DNA of 63,061 bases from positions 1-63,061 of the IMG/VR virus record IMGVR_UViG_3300026546_000003; one strand, given 5' to 3'. Numbering within the stretch: the stretch's first letter is position 1; the number at the start of each line of letters is the position of its first letter. The translations under genes and the position numbers were made by a program. The notes beneath the pieces were generated by a model. It made no database searches. It was not told the DNA's origin and worked only from the letters and a program-made list of their open reading frames with translations. Positions 8,071 to 18,250 of the stretch are shown here, piece by piece. Origin of the DNA: a virus. Taxonomy: Duplodnaviria; Caudoviricetes.

Positions 8071-9762
8071 ATGAAGGAAATTCGTAATACTGAAAAATAT
8101 GAGTACTCTAATGGGGGTTCTGGAGCGCCGAAAACAAAAGACTCAGAAGCTATTTTTAACTTTTTAAATAAAAAAACCCAAGCATTATATATTACTTCTG
8201 TTAGTGGATTTTCTCTTCCATTAAATAATATATTATTACCAGCTGGAAGTAAATATAGAACAAAACCTCAAGATGCTGGAGCTATGTCAGTCTCAAAAAA
8301 GTTAGCAAGTAATTGGGAAAAAATTAACTGGCTAGTATATTTAATTGGAGGAGTTTGGCAGAAAGCATTAAAATCTGAAAGAAATTTAAGAAAGTTTTTA
8401 TGCCCTACTTGTCATGGAACTTCTATTGTATTTTTTGGGAATGAATTGTCAATTAAGAACTTTATTGACCAACTTGCTGATTTAATAGGACGTGGAGACC
8501 AACAAGTTAGTGAAGTAGTTAAAAAACAAACTATTACATATTCCTTAGCTGAGTATTTAGAAAAGTATATTGGTGGTTCAGACCAAGCAGCTTTAGAAAA
8601 ATTTGCAAAAGAAATTGAATCTGTCTTAACTTATGAAGGAAAGTTTCAGTTTGCCATTGATATGCTTGATGAGAATACTAAAGATTTAAAAAGAGCTTGG
8701 GATGATGGTGGAATTACAGAAGTTATCAGTTGGAATAGATGGGAAAAATTAAGACCTAGATTTAAAAGATTACAAAAAAGTTTGAATGTTAATGGTCAGC
8801 AAGTTTTTGAAGCTTGTCCGATGTGTCGTGGAAGTGGTATTCTAGACTTAGGGCACGCATCAATTTATGGTAAAAAAGTTGATATTATTCGAGACTTGTA
8901 CATTGACTATATTATTAAAGATAAAGGAAAAGTGGCTGAAAAATTAAGAGGAGTTGATGGAAAAGATCCAGAACCCTCAGATATTTATGAAGCTAAGTGG
9001 AACCAAGAAATTCCTATTGAAAAGGTCTATGAATATTTCCAAGGAATGGAGTTAAAACCGGAACCTGCTAAATCTGTGTTAAAGAAAAATATCACAGAAC
9101 GAATGAGTAAGGATTTTCCTAAGTATTTACAATTTATTAAAGATTATAAAGAAAATCAAGAACCGGTTTGGACACAGTTATCACAGTTAGGTGTTACACA
9201 ACTTCAATATTATTTTGACGGACTTAGAGAAAATCCAGAGTTTGAGTTAGTTTATTATAATAAGAACTTAGATGATGCAACTGGTATAATTACTTTCAAG
9301 AGAGTTCTTAACCTATTTAATAAACTAAGTGACACAGCTAGAGTAGATACAGGAACGTTAAAAAACTATTTAGAGACAGAAAAAACTGATATTGCGAAAG
9401 AAGCTGTTAAATTTGCTCCACTTATAGGAGAAGAAGGAACAACTAATGCGCCTTATATTGGGCCTCATGTTGTTATTGACTCTCCGAATGTAATGCAACG
9501 TGCTGGAAAAATACAAAAATCAGGGTATAAAGCTCCTAATGTTCATACGTTTTTTAAGTATGCTCGATTATTTGCACCTCAAGATAAAAAGCTATTTCCT
9601 TATGGATTAGGAAAAGATACATGGTCAGATAGTGGAAAAACTATTACTGATATTGGTAGAGAAGCTTTTCCTGAAATATCTCCTGATAGAAATGGAACTA
9701 TGTTTGATTATTTATTAAAGAAGAAGTTTTTTATATTCTTCTGGCAAGGACATGATGTATGA
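8071..9762 (+). CDS. Large putative tail-completion protein with Zn-finger motifs
   Basis: Between connector and tail terminator; HK97 gp10-like RVDTGTLK motif; CPTCHG and CPMCRGSG motifs. Confidence 0.45.
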   Translation: MKEIRNTEKYEYSNGGSGAPKTKDSEAIFNFLNKKTQALYITSVSGFSLPLNNILLPAGSKYRTKPQDAGAMSVSKKLASNWEKINWLVYLIGGVWQKALKSERNLRKFLCPTCHGTSIVFFGNELSIKNFIDQLADLIGRGDQQVSEVVKKQTITYSLAEYLEKYIGGSDQAALEKFAKEIESVLTYEGKFQFAIDMLDENTKDLKRAWDDGGITEVISWNRWEKLRPRFKRLQKSLNVNGQQVFEACPMCRGSGILDLGHASIYGKKVDIIRDLYIDYIIKDKGKVAEKLRGVDGKDPEPSDIYEAKWNQEIPIEKVYEYFQGMELKPEPAKSVLKKNITERMSKDFPKYLQFIKDYKENQEPVWTQLSQLGVTQLQYYFDGLRENPEFELVYYNKNLDDATGIITFKRVLNLFNKLSDTARVDTGTLKNYLETEKTDIAKEAVKFAPLIGEEGTTNAPYIGPHVVIDSPNVMQRAGKIQKSGYKAPNVHTFFKYARLFAPQDKKLFPYGLGKDTWSDSGKTITDIGREAFPEISPDRNGTMFDYLLKKKFFIFFWQGHDV

Positions 9763-10157
9763 GTTCAAGAGTAGAAATAAAAAACGCAGTAATTCAAATT
9801 TTAGAAGAATCGGATTTATTTTATAAAGTATACCCAGAACCAACAAATATTGAAAAGGAGCGAAGTTTTCCAGTAGCATGGGTAAATTTAGGTCATGAAA
9901 ATATTTATTCTGGGGAAATGACTAAAACTAATTATATCCGATCAATTACATTGGAGATAACTATTGGATCTAAACATAATAGTTTACATGATACAACAAT
10001 GGATGAGCTAGTTGACAATGTTTTTACTTTATTAAAATCAAACTTTACTTTAAATAAAACAGCAATAAATTTAACGCCTACAAATATTATAACAGATGAA
10101 GGTTATTATCATCCTTATTCATTTGTAGCATTAACCTTTATAGTCCAGATGAGATAA
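9759..10157 (+). CDS. Tail terminator protein (putative)
   Basis: Size, FPVAWV..G.E motif, position before tail tube. Confidence 0.7.
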   Translation: MSSRVEIKNAVIQILEESDLFYKVYPEPTNIEKERSFPVAWVNLGHENIYSGEMTKTNYIRSITLEITIGSKHNSLHDTTMDELVDNVFTLLKSNFTLNKTAINLTPTNIITDEGYYHPYSFVALTFIVQMR

Positions 10158-10161
10158 GCAT

Positions 10162-10347
10162 ATGATTAAGTGCGAAAAATGTGGAAATATAATAAGTGAC
10201 ACAATGGTAATTAAGGCCGTTGCAGTCATTCAAATAAATTATAAAGAACAGTTATGTAACGTTAAATGTAGAAAATGTAAAAACTTCATTGAACGTATAC
10301 CTTTATCACAACTTATACGGACAAACCAAATAGTCCACGATTCTTAA
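10162..10347 (+). CDS. Small zinc-ribbon protein, Mu Com-like
   Basis: IKCEKCG...VKCRKCK, 61 aa. Confidence 0.55.
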   Translation: MIKCEKCGNIISDTMVIKAVAVIQINYKEQLCNVKCRKCKNFIERIPLSQLIRTNQIVHDS

Positions 10348-10359
10348 GGAGATTTAATT

Positions 10360-11769
10360 ATGGGTCAAATAACAGCTTTAGTAAAATCGTCTACTTTAGT
10401 TGCAATGCCAACTGATGCATCAACTGGGAATCCTGATACAACAAAAGCTCGTTCTATTGAAGTATCTGGTGCACCAACTTTTTCAGACAGTTTTGAAACT
10501 ATTGAGCGAAACGTTGTTAGACAGGCATTTTCAACTTATGCCCCACTTAGAGGATTAGAAACAACTTCTGGAACTATTACTGTTGAATTACATGGTTCTG
10601 GTAATGTTGCTGCACCACCGGAAACAGCTTTACTTTATAAATCCGCTCTTGGTTCATTGTATACACCGGCAGGAGTTACAGACGCTTGGATTCCAGCTGA
10701 TGGAGTTATTGCTTCAACTGTTGGAGATTTAGGACAGACTACTCCAGTTATTGATGAGATTCTTGATGGGTCTAATCAAAGTTACAGTCCGAAATTATGG
10801 TCGTATACTTTTCCAATTAGCCCAACTACAACAATTAAAGAAGAAGGATTTGAGCTAAACTTTCCAGTAAGAGTTTATTCAGATACAGAATTAAAAATTA
10901 TTGGCTTTATTACTAAAATAGATGAAGCTAATAAAACTATTACTATTGTTACTGAAAAAGATCCAAACACAATTACTTTAGTTGATGGAGCAAGTGCAGA
11001 TAAAGTAGACTGTGGATTCTTATTTTTATTACACAAAAAATATGATGCATCCTCAGATACTTATCCTCAAGTGCTGCAAACTACTGAAATGAACTTTGAC
11101 TATTTCCGTGGTGATATTGTTAAAGAACGTTGGTTTAAAGCTCTTGCAACTGAATTTTCTATTGATTTAAGTACCGGTCAAGTTTGTTTACCTTCCTTTA
11201 ACTGGGAAGGGGCAGAGGTAGGGTACTCAGATGATAGTTATTCGCCATCTGATTATACGATTAACACATTATATGACTCAAGTAGTTCTGACCCATTAGT
11301 TGTTCAATTAACTGATATTTACATGGCAGAAATTGATGAATATACTGATGATGAAGTAAAAGTAAATGAGTATTTCCAAGATTGTATTTCACAGATTCAA
11401 ATTACTTTAACTAACGAAGTATTTAAGAAGCAGTGTATTGCTTCTCTAGGAATTGGTGAGGTACTTAGAACATCAAGAGCAGTAACTGGAAGTCTGAATA
11501 CTTTCTATACTGGTAAAGAGTTCCAGGAAGCATTTAGAGCTGGTAACCTATATACTTTTAGATCAGTATTTAATTATGCTAAAGAACTGGGAACTAATGG
11601 CGAAAAACTCTTTACTACAGAGGCTGGTAATATTGTGGCTATCGCAATTCCACAACTTAAATTCTCTGAAGTTAGTGTAAGTGAAGATACTGGAATTTTC
11701 AAATACGATACTTCATTTAGTTGTGAACCTGTACGTGGTGATGATGAATTAATTATCGCATTTCTATAA
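10360..11769 (+). CDS. Major tail (tube) protein with internal insertion
   Basis: SGTITVELHGSG, RAVTGSLN, IAIPQLKF motifs; strong RBS; own terminator; precedes chaperone and TMP. Confidence 0.85.
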   Translation: MGQITALVKSSTLVAMPTDASTGNPDTTKARSIEVSGAPTFSDSFETIERNVVRQAFSTYAPLRGLETTSGTITVELHGSGNVAAPPETALLYKSALGSLYTPAGVTDAWIPADGVIASTVGDLGQTTPVIDEILDGSNQSYSPKLWSYTFPISPTTTIKEEGFELNFPVRVYSDTELKIIGFITKIDEANKTITIVTEKDPNTITLVDGASADKVDCGFLFLLHKKYDASSDTYPQVLQTTEMNFDYFRGDIVKERWFKALATEFSIDLSTGQVCLPSFNWEGAEVGYSDDSYSPSDYTINTLYDSSSSDPLVVQLTDIYMAEIDEYTDDEVKVNEYFQDCISQIQITLTNEVFKKQCIASLGIGEVLRTSRAVTGSLNTFYTGKEFQEAFRAGNLYTFRSVFNYAKELGTNGEKLFTTEAGNIVAIAIPQLKFSEVSVSEDTGIFKYDTSFSCEPVRGDDELIIAFL

Positions 11770-11775
11770 TATTCT

Positions 11776-11808
11776 AGGGGAGGGGGATTGTCTCCCTCCC
11801 CTTTATTG
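11776..11808 (+). terminator. Rho-independent terminator
   Basis: aggggaggggg/ctccctcccct stem followed by ttattgt. Confidence 0.75.
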
Positions 11809-11840
11809 TAACCTAAGAACTAAATACAAGGAGAAAGTAT

Positions 11841-12197
11841 ATGTTCGTCTTAACAAACACACAAAAAGAATTTATTCCTGAATCAGAAAAATCTTCTGAA
11901 AATCCCCTTACTTTTATTGTTATTCCCCCTACTAGACAAGTTGTTCTTTCACTACAAGAAGAACTATTTAAATCGCTTGATATTACAGATGACTTAAGTA
12001 TTAATGATCTTCCATTAGCTAAAATTATGGAACTATACTTATCGGCATGTGTAGTAGATTGGAAAAATGTAAAAGATGAAGAGGGAAATGACGTACCTTT
12101 TTCACAAGAAACATTTAAACAATTTAATAATGTTGAAATCCTTACAGAACTCTATAATTTTATTAAAGAGTTAGGTGAGGGTACTGAAAAAAACTAG
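11841..12197 (+). CDS. Tail assembly chaperone (G-like)
   Basis: CVVDWKNVKDEEGNDVPFS motif; upstream of TMP; ends in a slippery site. Confidence 0.85.
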   Translation: MFVLTNTQKEFIPESEKSSENPLTFIVIPPTRQVVLSLQEELFKSLDITDDLSINDLPLAKIMELYLSACVVDWKNVKDEEGNDVPFSQETFKQFNNVEILTELYNFIKELGEGTEKN

Positions 12198-12568
12198 ATG
12201 AACTCTACAATTTCGCTCTCCTAGCTAAATGGTACTTAAGTTTAGATTCTGAACTACAAAGAACCTGGGATTGCGAATATTGTAGAGAAAAGCATTTAGA
12301 TTCTGCTAGAAATTGTGAAGCAAAAGAAGGACAAAAGCCAGTTATTTTAAGTCCAACAATGGCATTTTCTGAGTGCCCGATTAAAACATTACGAAATCAA
12401 ATATGTTCACTTACATATAACTTAATAAAATCTACTCTGATGTCAGAAATGGGATTAGGACTTCCTCCATCAAAATTACTTGAGGAACCTAATATCTATT
12501 TTGTATATAGAGATGTTATTCGTAAAGCAGAGAATGATTTTGAAGATCAATATAAGGAAGTAAAATAA
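11841..12568 (+). CDS. Tail assembly chaperone GT-like, produced by programmed -1 frameshift
   Basis: A AAA AAC at 12188-12194 just before TAG; the -1 frame is open (LDELYNFALLAKW...) into ORF 12359..12568. Confidence 0.85.
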
Positions 12569-15500
12569 TGGCCGCAAAAGATCCTATAAAGTTATTAAAA
12601 GACCTTACTGCTGGATTTGATACCTTAGCTGCAAGTATTGCTAAAATTAAGTTTCCTAAAAAGAGTACAGGATTAAAGGAATTAAAAGCAGCTAATGTTA
12701 AGTTAATTGAGCAGAATAAGTTATTAGTTTCTCAAATTGCTGAGTTAATTAAAGCAAATAATGCGTATGGGACATCGGCTGTAAAAAATAATAAAAAAGC
12801 TGCTGATTCTCTAAAAGGTGTAACAAAACGAGAAGATGAACTTCTCAAAAAGTTAAACAAAGCAAAGAGTGCATTAAAGAAACAAAGAACTGAGATTAAC
12901 TCTTTTACTGGACGTATTAAAGCGGACTTTAGAAGACAGTTAGCTTGGTACCCAGCAAAAACAGTAACTCTTCAAACTTTAGCTATTCCAAAGAATGTTA
13001 TTCAATCGTATAGTGATTTTGAAGATAGATTATATAAAGTAAAATCTATTGGGCAGTTAACTACTAGTCAAATGCAAGATCTTTCTGATACTATTTTAGA
13101 AATGTCATTGCATACTAAATATACTGGTAAAGAACTGCTTGATGCTACAAAAACATTAGCACAAGCTGGGTTTAGAGGAGAAGAATTAACTGCTGCTATT
13201 GACCCGACGAAAAACTTAGCTACTGCTACCGGCTCTGATATGAGTACTGGTACAGACGTTATGTCTACCGTAATTAGGGCATATAAAAAACAAGCTAGTG
13301 ATTTTGCAGAAATTTCAGATCAATTAACTAATGCTGTAATTAACTCAAAACTTTCATTAACGGACTTATCCACTTCATTTGGATACGCAGCGTCTGCTGC
13401 AGCTCAAACAGGAGTAAGTTTAACTCAAACGATTTCATTATTAGGTGTTCTTGCTAATTCAGGTCTAAAAGCTTCTACAGCTGCTACAGGCCTACGAATG
13501 GCTCTATTAAAGATTACGGCACCTACCCGAAAAGGTAAAAAAGTACTAGCTGAAGCTGGATTATCTCCGGAAGATTTAGATATTGCTAAAAATGGGATTT
13601 ATGAAGTTTTAAAAGCTATTAACAAATTAAATAAAACGCAGATAATCGATTTCTTTGGTGCTCGTAGTGCTAACGCAGTTCTAGCATTTAAGAACGTAAC
13701 TGTTGAAGCTATTGAAGAACTTGAAAAATTAGTAGATACTGCAGGAACTGCTGCGGCAATGGAAGCAGAACAAATGCTTTCATTAGCTAACTCATGGAAA
13801 GAATTTAAGAACTCATTAACAGGTATTGGGATTACTGCAGGGGAAACCTTTGGTAAAGAGTTAGCATTAAATATTCGTGCCGCTGCAGCTATGATGAGAG
13901 ATTTAATTAAATACGTTGGCGGACTACGTAACTTATTAGTCGGTATTATTGCGTTAAAATTCTCATCTAAAATATTTGGGTTAGCGTCTTTAACAGATTA
14001 TAAAAAGGCTCTTAATGCAATTATTCTTACTTTTGCTAGATTTATTGGAACAGTAGGGACAGGTACTGGAGTTATTTCTGCATTTTCCTCATCAGTTGCA
14101 GGATTAGGAGCATCATTAGCACCATTAGTTCCAGTTGTTATTGCTTTAGGTGCAGCTCTAGTAGCATGGCAAGCATTTAATTATTTTGCTGATTCTTATG
14201 TTGATTCTGAACGATTTAGAACAAGTATTGTTGAAGCCAATGCTGCAATGGTTAAGCTTAACTCAAGTGCTCAAGAGTTAATTATAACTATGAGCAGAAT
14301 GTCTAAAGCTAATATTGGGCAAAAAGCTAAAGATGCAATTATTGAGGAAGCTAGACAAAAATTAATTAAGCAATATACAGAAGGAACTAATAAGTATATT
14401 GAAGCGGTTAAAAATGAAGATTCAGTTCTTGCTCGTCAGTTAGAAAATCTTCAAAAACAAGGTATTCAACAAATTAATGATATTACTGATCCTACACAAG
14501 TAGCGGCAGTAATTAAGAAAAACCGCAAAGCTATTAGGGATTTATTATTAAACTATGACCCAACAGCTACACTTGGTAAATTAACTGAATCTCAAAAAGC
14601 TGCAATTAATTATGATTTAAAACGACGTGAAAAATTATTACATCGTTTACAAGTTATCTTAGGTAAACAGACTAAAAAAGCACAGAAATTAGCTGCAAAA
14701 TCGTATTATGATTTTGTGAAAGACCCAGCTAATACTCAATTATTATCTGATGCTAGAACTCATGGGGAAAAAGCTAATTGGCTTTCTGAGTATACTCATG
14801 GTCTTGAGGATACCCAAGCTCTCAAAGAGCATAAAGCTGCGTTAAATAAATTAGCTGAGGGGCTAAGAAAGCAATTAGAAAATAGCGATTTAGCAGAAGA
14901 TGTAAAAGCAGCAATTCAAGAAGATTTAAATGCTGTTGAGTTAGAAGCAAGTATTATTGATTTATACATTCAAGCTTATATTCCTACTGATGATGAAATT
15001 GGTAAGTTTAAAATAATGGCTGCTGCTGCTTATAGAAAAGTTAATTCAGCAGCAATTCGGGAATATGAAGCAGGAATTAAAGCAGGTCTAGCTTCAAGTA
15101 AATTAAGTGCTGCAATAAAAGCTAAGTATAAACAAAAGTTTTATAATGACCTTGTTAAACCTTTTGAAGATGAAGCTCCAGAATTAGTAGCTAAACTTAA
15201 GAAATTAGCTGAGGAATTCTTTGGCTCATGGTCTAAAGATTTTGATAAACATAAAGATGATAAAACTACAAATGATAGCTTACGTAGACAGCTTTATGAA
15301 CAGCAAGTTATTATTAAAGAAGCCCAAGCTAAAATTCTTGAGATTCGGCAAAAAGGTTTAAATGACGAAGACCGTTTTAATGAAATTCAGAAACAAAAAC
15401 GAATAATTGCTAATGCTGAATTAAAAAAAATTAGTATTAAAGCGAGGCAGTCAAGATTAGCTAAAGACGCAAACATTGGGTTAATAAATAGAGAGGAAAA

Positions 15501-16668
15501 GGCTGATAAATCTTTAGCTAAGTTTAAGAGTCAATTACAGAAGGAGAAGGATCTTGTTCAACGCTACACTGATGATATGCGAAAGATTTTTTCTACTGAT
15601 GTAACAGGATTGCGTCCAAAGAAACTTGCTATCGAGTTAAAGAAAGAGAAAAAAGCCTTACGTAGTTTATATGACTCTGTTAAAAAATATGCTGCTGGCA
15701 TTAAAGATCCAAAATCACCTGTATTGTTATTTCTTAAAAAGTTAGAAGATAGAATCAATAAACTTGATAAAAAAATTAAAAAAACTGGTAGAGATTCTGT
15801 TAAAGAGGATATAAATGATACTCGTGATCAAATTGGTCTTGCTGTTGGTGAACGAGATTTTGCTGAAAAGATTGGAGATTCTGATAAAGTTGAGCAATTA
15901 AATATTGCTTTAATGGGTTTATACACACAGTTACGTGATCTTCAACTACAGGCTGCTAAGTTAGATCTTACAAATGGTCTTATTAATGAAGAACAATTTC
16001 ATGTTAGAACAGAGAAAATTCAGCAAGATTGGAAAAAGATGATAGCTGGATTAACTACTGAATCTGCAAAAGCTAGAGAACTTTATAACATGATTTTAGA
16101 TGATACTAGATCAGGTTTTGAAGATTTCTTTACCGACGTAATGGATGGGAATAAATCATTAGTAGACTCATTTAAAGATTTAGGTAAGAGTATTTTAGAT
16201 ATTTTCAAGAAATTAATAGCTAAACTTATGGCCGAAAAAATGATGAGCATGATTTTCGGCTCAGGAAATAATAAAACTGGATTTGCTACTGGTTTAATGG
16301 GTTTAGTCTCTGCATTAGTAGGTAAGGCACACTCTGGAGGCACAATTACTAGTACTACTCCAAAACTTACACGAGTTGATCCTACAATCTTCTTTAATGC
16401 TCCACGATTACATACCGGACTTTTAAGTGATGAATTTCCAGCTATTCTACAAAAAGGTGAGTCAGTAATTCCGAAAGGTGCTAAGATTCAAAATACCGCA
16501 CCTAAAGTTATTGTAAATGTTGAAAATAAGGCAGCAGATAAAGCTAGTTTTGAGACAACTGGAAGTCAATGGAATGGTGAAGAATTTGTTGTTAATACAA
16601 TAATCAAAAATATTAATAGTAACGGGCCTTTACGGGCTTTAGTTAGTAAAGGAGCAGGAGCAGTATAA
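12568..16668 (+). CDS. Tape measure protein
   Basis: 1366 aa helical/Ala-rich; TP901-type core (LAQAGF, LANSGLKASTAATGLR); C-terminal HSGG and AILQKGESVIP. Confidence 0.95.
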   Translation: MAAKDPIKLLKDLTAGFDTLAASIAKIKFPKKSTGLKELKAANVKLIEQNKLLVSQIAELIKANNAYGTSAVKNNKKAADSLKGVTKREDELLKKLNKAKSALKKQRTEINSFTGRIKADFRRQLAWYPAKTVTLQTLAIPKNVIQSYSDFEDRLYKVKSIGQLTTSQMQDLSDTILEMSLHTKYTGKELLDATKTLAQAGFRGEELTAAIDPTKNLATATGSDMSTGTDVMSTVIRAYKKQASDFAEISDQLTNAVINSKLSLTDLSTSFGYAASAAAQTGVSLTQTISLLGVLANSGLKASTAATGLRMALLKITAPTRKGKKVLAEAGLSPEDLDIAKNGIYEVLKAINKLNKTQIIDFFGARSANAVLAFKNVTVEAIEELEKLVDTAGTAAAMEAEQMLSLANSWKEFKNSLTGIGITAGETFGKELALNIRAAAAMMRDLIKYVGGLRNLLVGIIALKFSSKIFGLASLTDYKKALNAIILTFARFIGTVGTGTGVISAFSSSVAGLGASLAPLVPVVIALGAALVAWQAFNYFADSYVDSERFRTSIVEANAAMVKLNSSAQELIITMSRMSKANIGQKAKDAIIEEARQKLIKQYTEGTNKYIEAVKNEDSVLARQLENLQKQGIQQINDITDPTQVAAVIKKNRKAIRDLLLNYDPTATLGKLTESQKAAINYDLKRREKLLHRLQVILGKQTKKAQKLAAKSYYDFVKDPANTQLLSDARTHGEKANWLSEYTHGLEDTQALKEHKAALNKLAEGLRKQLENSDLAEDVKAAIQEDLNAVELEASIIDLYIQAYIPTDDEIGKFKIMAAAAYRKVNSAAIREYEAGIKAGLASSKLSAAIKAKYKQKFYNDLVKPFEDEAPELVAKLKKLAEEFFGSWSKDFDKHKDDKTTNDSLRRQLYEQQVIIKEAQAKILEIRQKGLNDEDRFNEIQKQKRIIANAELKKISIKARQSRLAKDANIGLINREEKADKSLAKFKSQLQKEKDLVQRYTDDMRKIFSTDVTGLRPKKLAIELKKEKKALRSLYDSVKKYAAGIKDPKSPVLLFLKKLEDRINKLDKKIKKTGRDSVKEDINDTRDQIGLAVGERDFAEKIGDSDKVEQLNIALMGLYTQLRDLQLQAAKLDLTNGLINEEQFHVRTEKIQQDWKKMIAGLTTESAKARELYNMILDDTRSGFEDFFTDVMDGNKSLVDSFKDLGKSILDIFKKLIAKLMAEKMMSMIFGSGNNKTGFATGLMGLVSALVGKAHSGGTITSTTPKLTRVDPTIFFNAPRLHTGLLSDEFPAILQKGESVIPKGAKIQNTAPKVIVNVENKAADKASFETTGSQWNGEEFVVNTIIKNINSNGPLRALVSKGAGAV

Positions 16669-17117
16669 TGGCAGTTCCTTATTTTGAAGATAAACAAGGA
16701 AATAAATATGGTGAGGGGGTATGTTATGATTACCCCTTTAACCATTATCACGAAAAGAATAGTATTAATTCTAAGTTTTCGGATGGGGTTGTAACTACAC
16801 GACCACGTATTACACCCCATTTAACTACATATGAGTTAGCTTTTAGAGCAATTCCTTTAAAAGACAAACTTGATATACAAAAATTGGAAGAGATTGTTGG
16901 TACCACAGAGCAATTTAAGTGGATGCCGAATATTGCAATTGATTTAAAAGATTATTGGACTGATCCAAATGATCCAAATGCAGAACCTGTGTTGGATATT
17001 AAAGAAAGAACTGTTAGGTTAGTTGAACCAATTCATTATAAATTAATTGCATTTCAACTTTATGATTTTGATATGAAACTACAAACCGCATTGGATTCTA
17101 TTTATGGATTATCGTAA
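16668..17117 (+). CDS. Distal tail protein (lambda M-like, putative)
   Basis: Position after TMP; FSDGVVTTRPR, QFKW. Confidence 0.65.
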   Translation: MAVPYFEDKQGNKYGEGVCYDYPFNHYHEKNSINSKFSDGVVTTRPRITPHLTTYELAFRAIPLKDKLDIQKLEEIVGTTEQFKWMPNIAIDLKDYWTDPNDPNAEPVLDIKERTVRLVEPIHYKLIAFQLYDFDMKLQTALDSIYGLS

Positions 17118-17829
17118 AAATTGGGCATTTAATATTGAAAAGAACTCTCTAAGTTCTGTATATCCTTGGTTGATAGCAGCTTACTTAGAGGCATTAGACG
17201 ATCCTAATTCAGAATATTATGAGTATCGGTATGTTATTGCCGATACTCAACCGTTAGATTGGGTTGATGAATTAGGACAACCTATTAAATTTTTGTCATA
17301 CCCTTTATCATTAGGAGGAATTGGAATGTCTTCTGATTCTTCTTTACCGAGTGTATCACTATTAACATTTAATTCACCAGTTTTAGTAAATTTGATAGAA
17401 GATAATAATGGGTTTATTGGAACTAGAGTAACTATTTTTATTATTAATGCAAATACTTTAAAAGACAATGATGAGAATCAAGTAACAATGGCAGAGTATC
17501 CGCTAAAATTTTCGTTTGTAATTGTTGACTGTAAAATTAAAGATTACATCACATTTACTTTAGGGGCTCCAAATTTTCTAGCTTACAAAATTCCTAATCA
17601 ACGTTTTTATCGCGATTTTTGTCCTATTCCTTTTCAAGGGGAACATTGTTGGATGAAAAATTTTACACCTAAACCTGGCCATGAACATTGTAGTAAATCA
17701 TGGAAAGACTGTCAAAAACATTGGGAAGAACAACATGCAGACCAACCAGATGATCCAGAATACCCAACAAGAGGACTTAGATTCCAAGGATTCCCAAATC
17801 TTAATAAAGGATCTTTTGTCTATTATTGA
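17104..17829 (+). CDS. Minor tail protein L-like
   Basis: C-terminal four-Cys cluster (FCP..FQGEHC...CSKSWKDC) and RFQGFP as in lambda gpL. Confidence 0.85.
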   Translation: MDYRKNWAFNIEKNSLSSVYPWLIAAYLEALDDPNSEYYEYRYVIADTQPLDWVDELGQPIKFLSYPLSLGGIGMSSDSSLPSVSLLTFNSPVLVNLIEDNNGFIGTRVTIFIINANTLKDNDENQVTMAEYPLKFSFVIVDCKIKDYITFTLGAPNFLAYKIPNQRFYRDFCPIPFQGEHCWMKNFTPKPGHEHCSKSWKDCQKHWEEQHADQPDDPEYPTRGLRFQGFPNLNKGSFVYY

Positions 17830-18250
17830 TTATAGAAGTCTTCCATCATGGTTTAAACAGGAACTTAAAAAAATTATTGGAAAACCATATAAGTTTAATT
17901 GTTTTGATGGGACTGGTTTTGATTGTTATACTTTAACTTATTATATTTACAAACTTATTGGAATTACCCTTCCGAAAGTTAATATTGCAGTGTATAGTTT
18001 ACGTCAAAATGCAAAATTAATTAAAGATAATAGTTTACAATTTAAACCAATTCCTTTTTCTGAACGTCAACCTTTTGATATTTTATTATTTAAAAGTTCA
18101 GAAGTAATTGACGCACACTTAGCAGTTTTGTTAGATAGAGAACATTTTATTCATATAGACAAAAATATAACAGTACGAATTGAGCCAATACAATTTAATA
18201 TTAGCTCAATTCAACTAAAGAGAGTATATAGATGGTTATCGCTGAATTAA
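17681..18250 (+). CDS. NlpC/P60 tail assembly protein (gpK-like); true start probably TTG near 17816
   Basis: IGKPY...GFDC, HLAV, FIH catalytic motifs. Confidence 0.85.
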   Translation: MNIVVNHGKTVKNIGKNNMQTNQMIQNTQQEDLDSKDSQILIKDLLSIIDYRSLPSWFKQELKKIIGKPYKFNCFDGTGFDCYTLTYYIYKLIGITLPKVNIAVYSLRQNAKLIKDNSLQFKPIPFSERQPFDILLFKSSEVIDAHLAVLLDREHFIHIDKNITVRIEPIQFNISSIQLKRVYRWLSLN

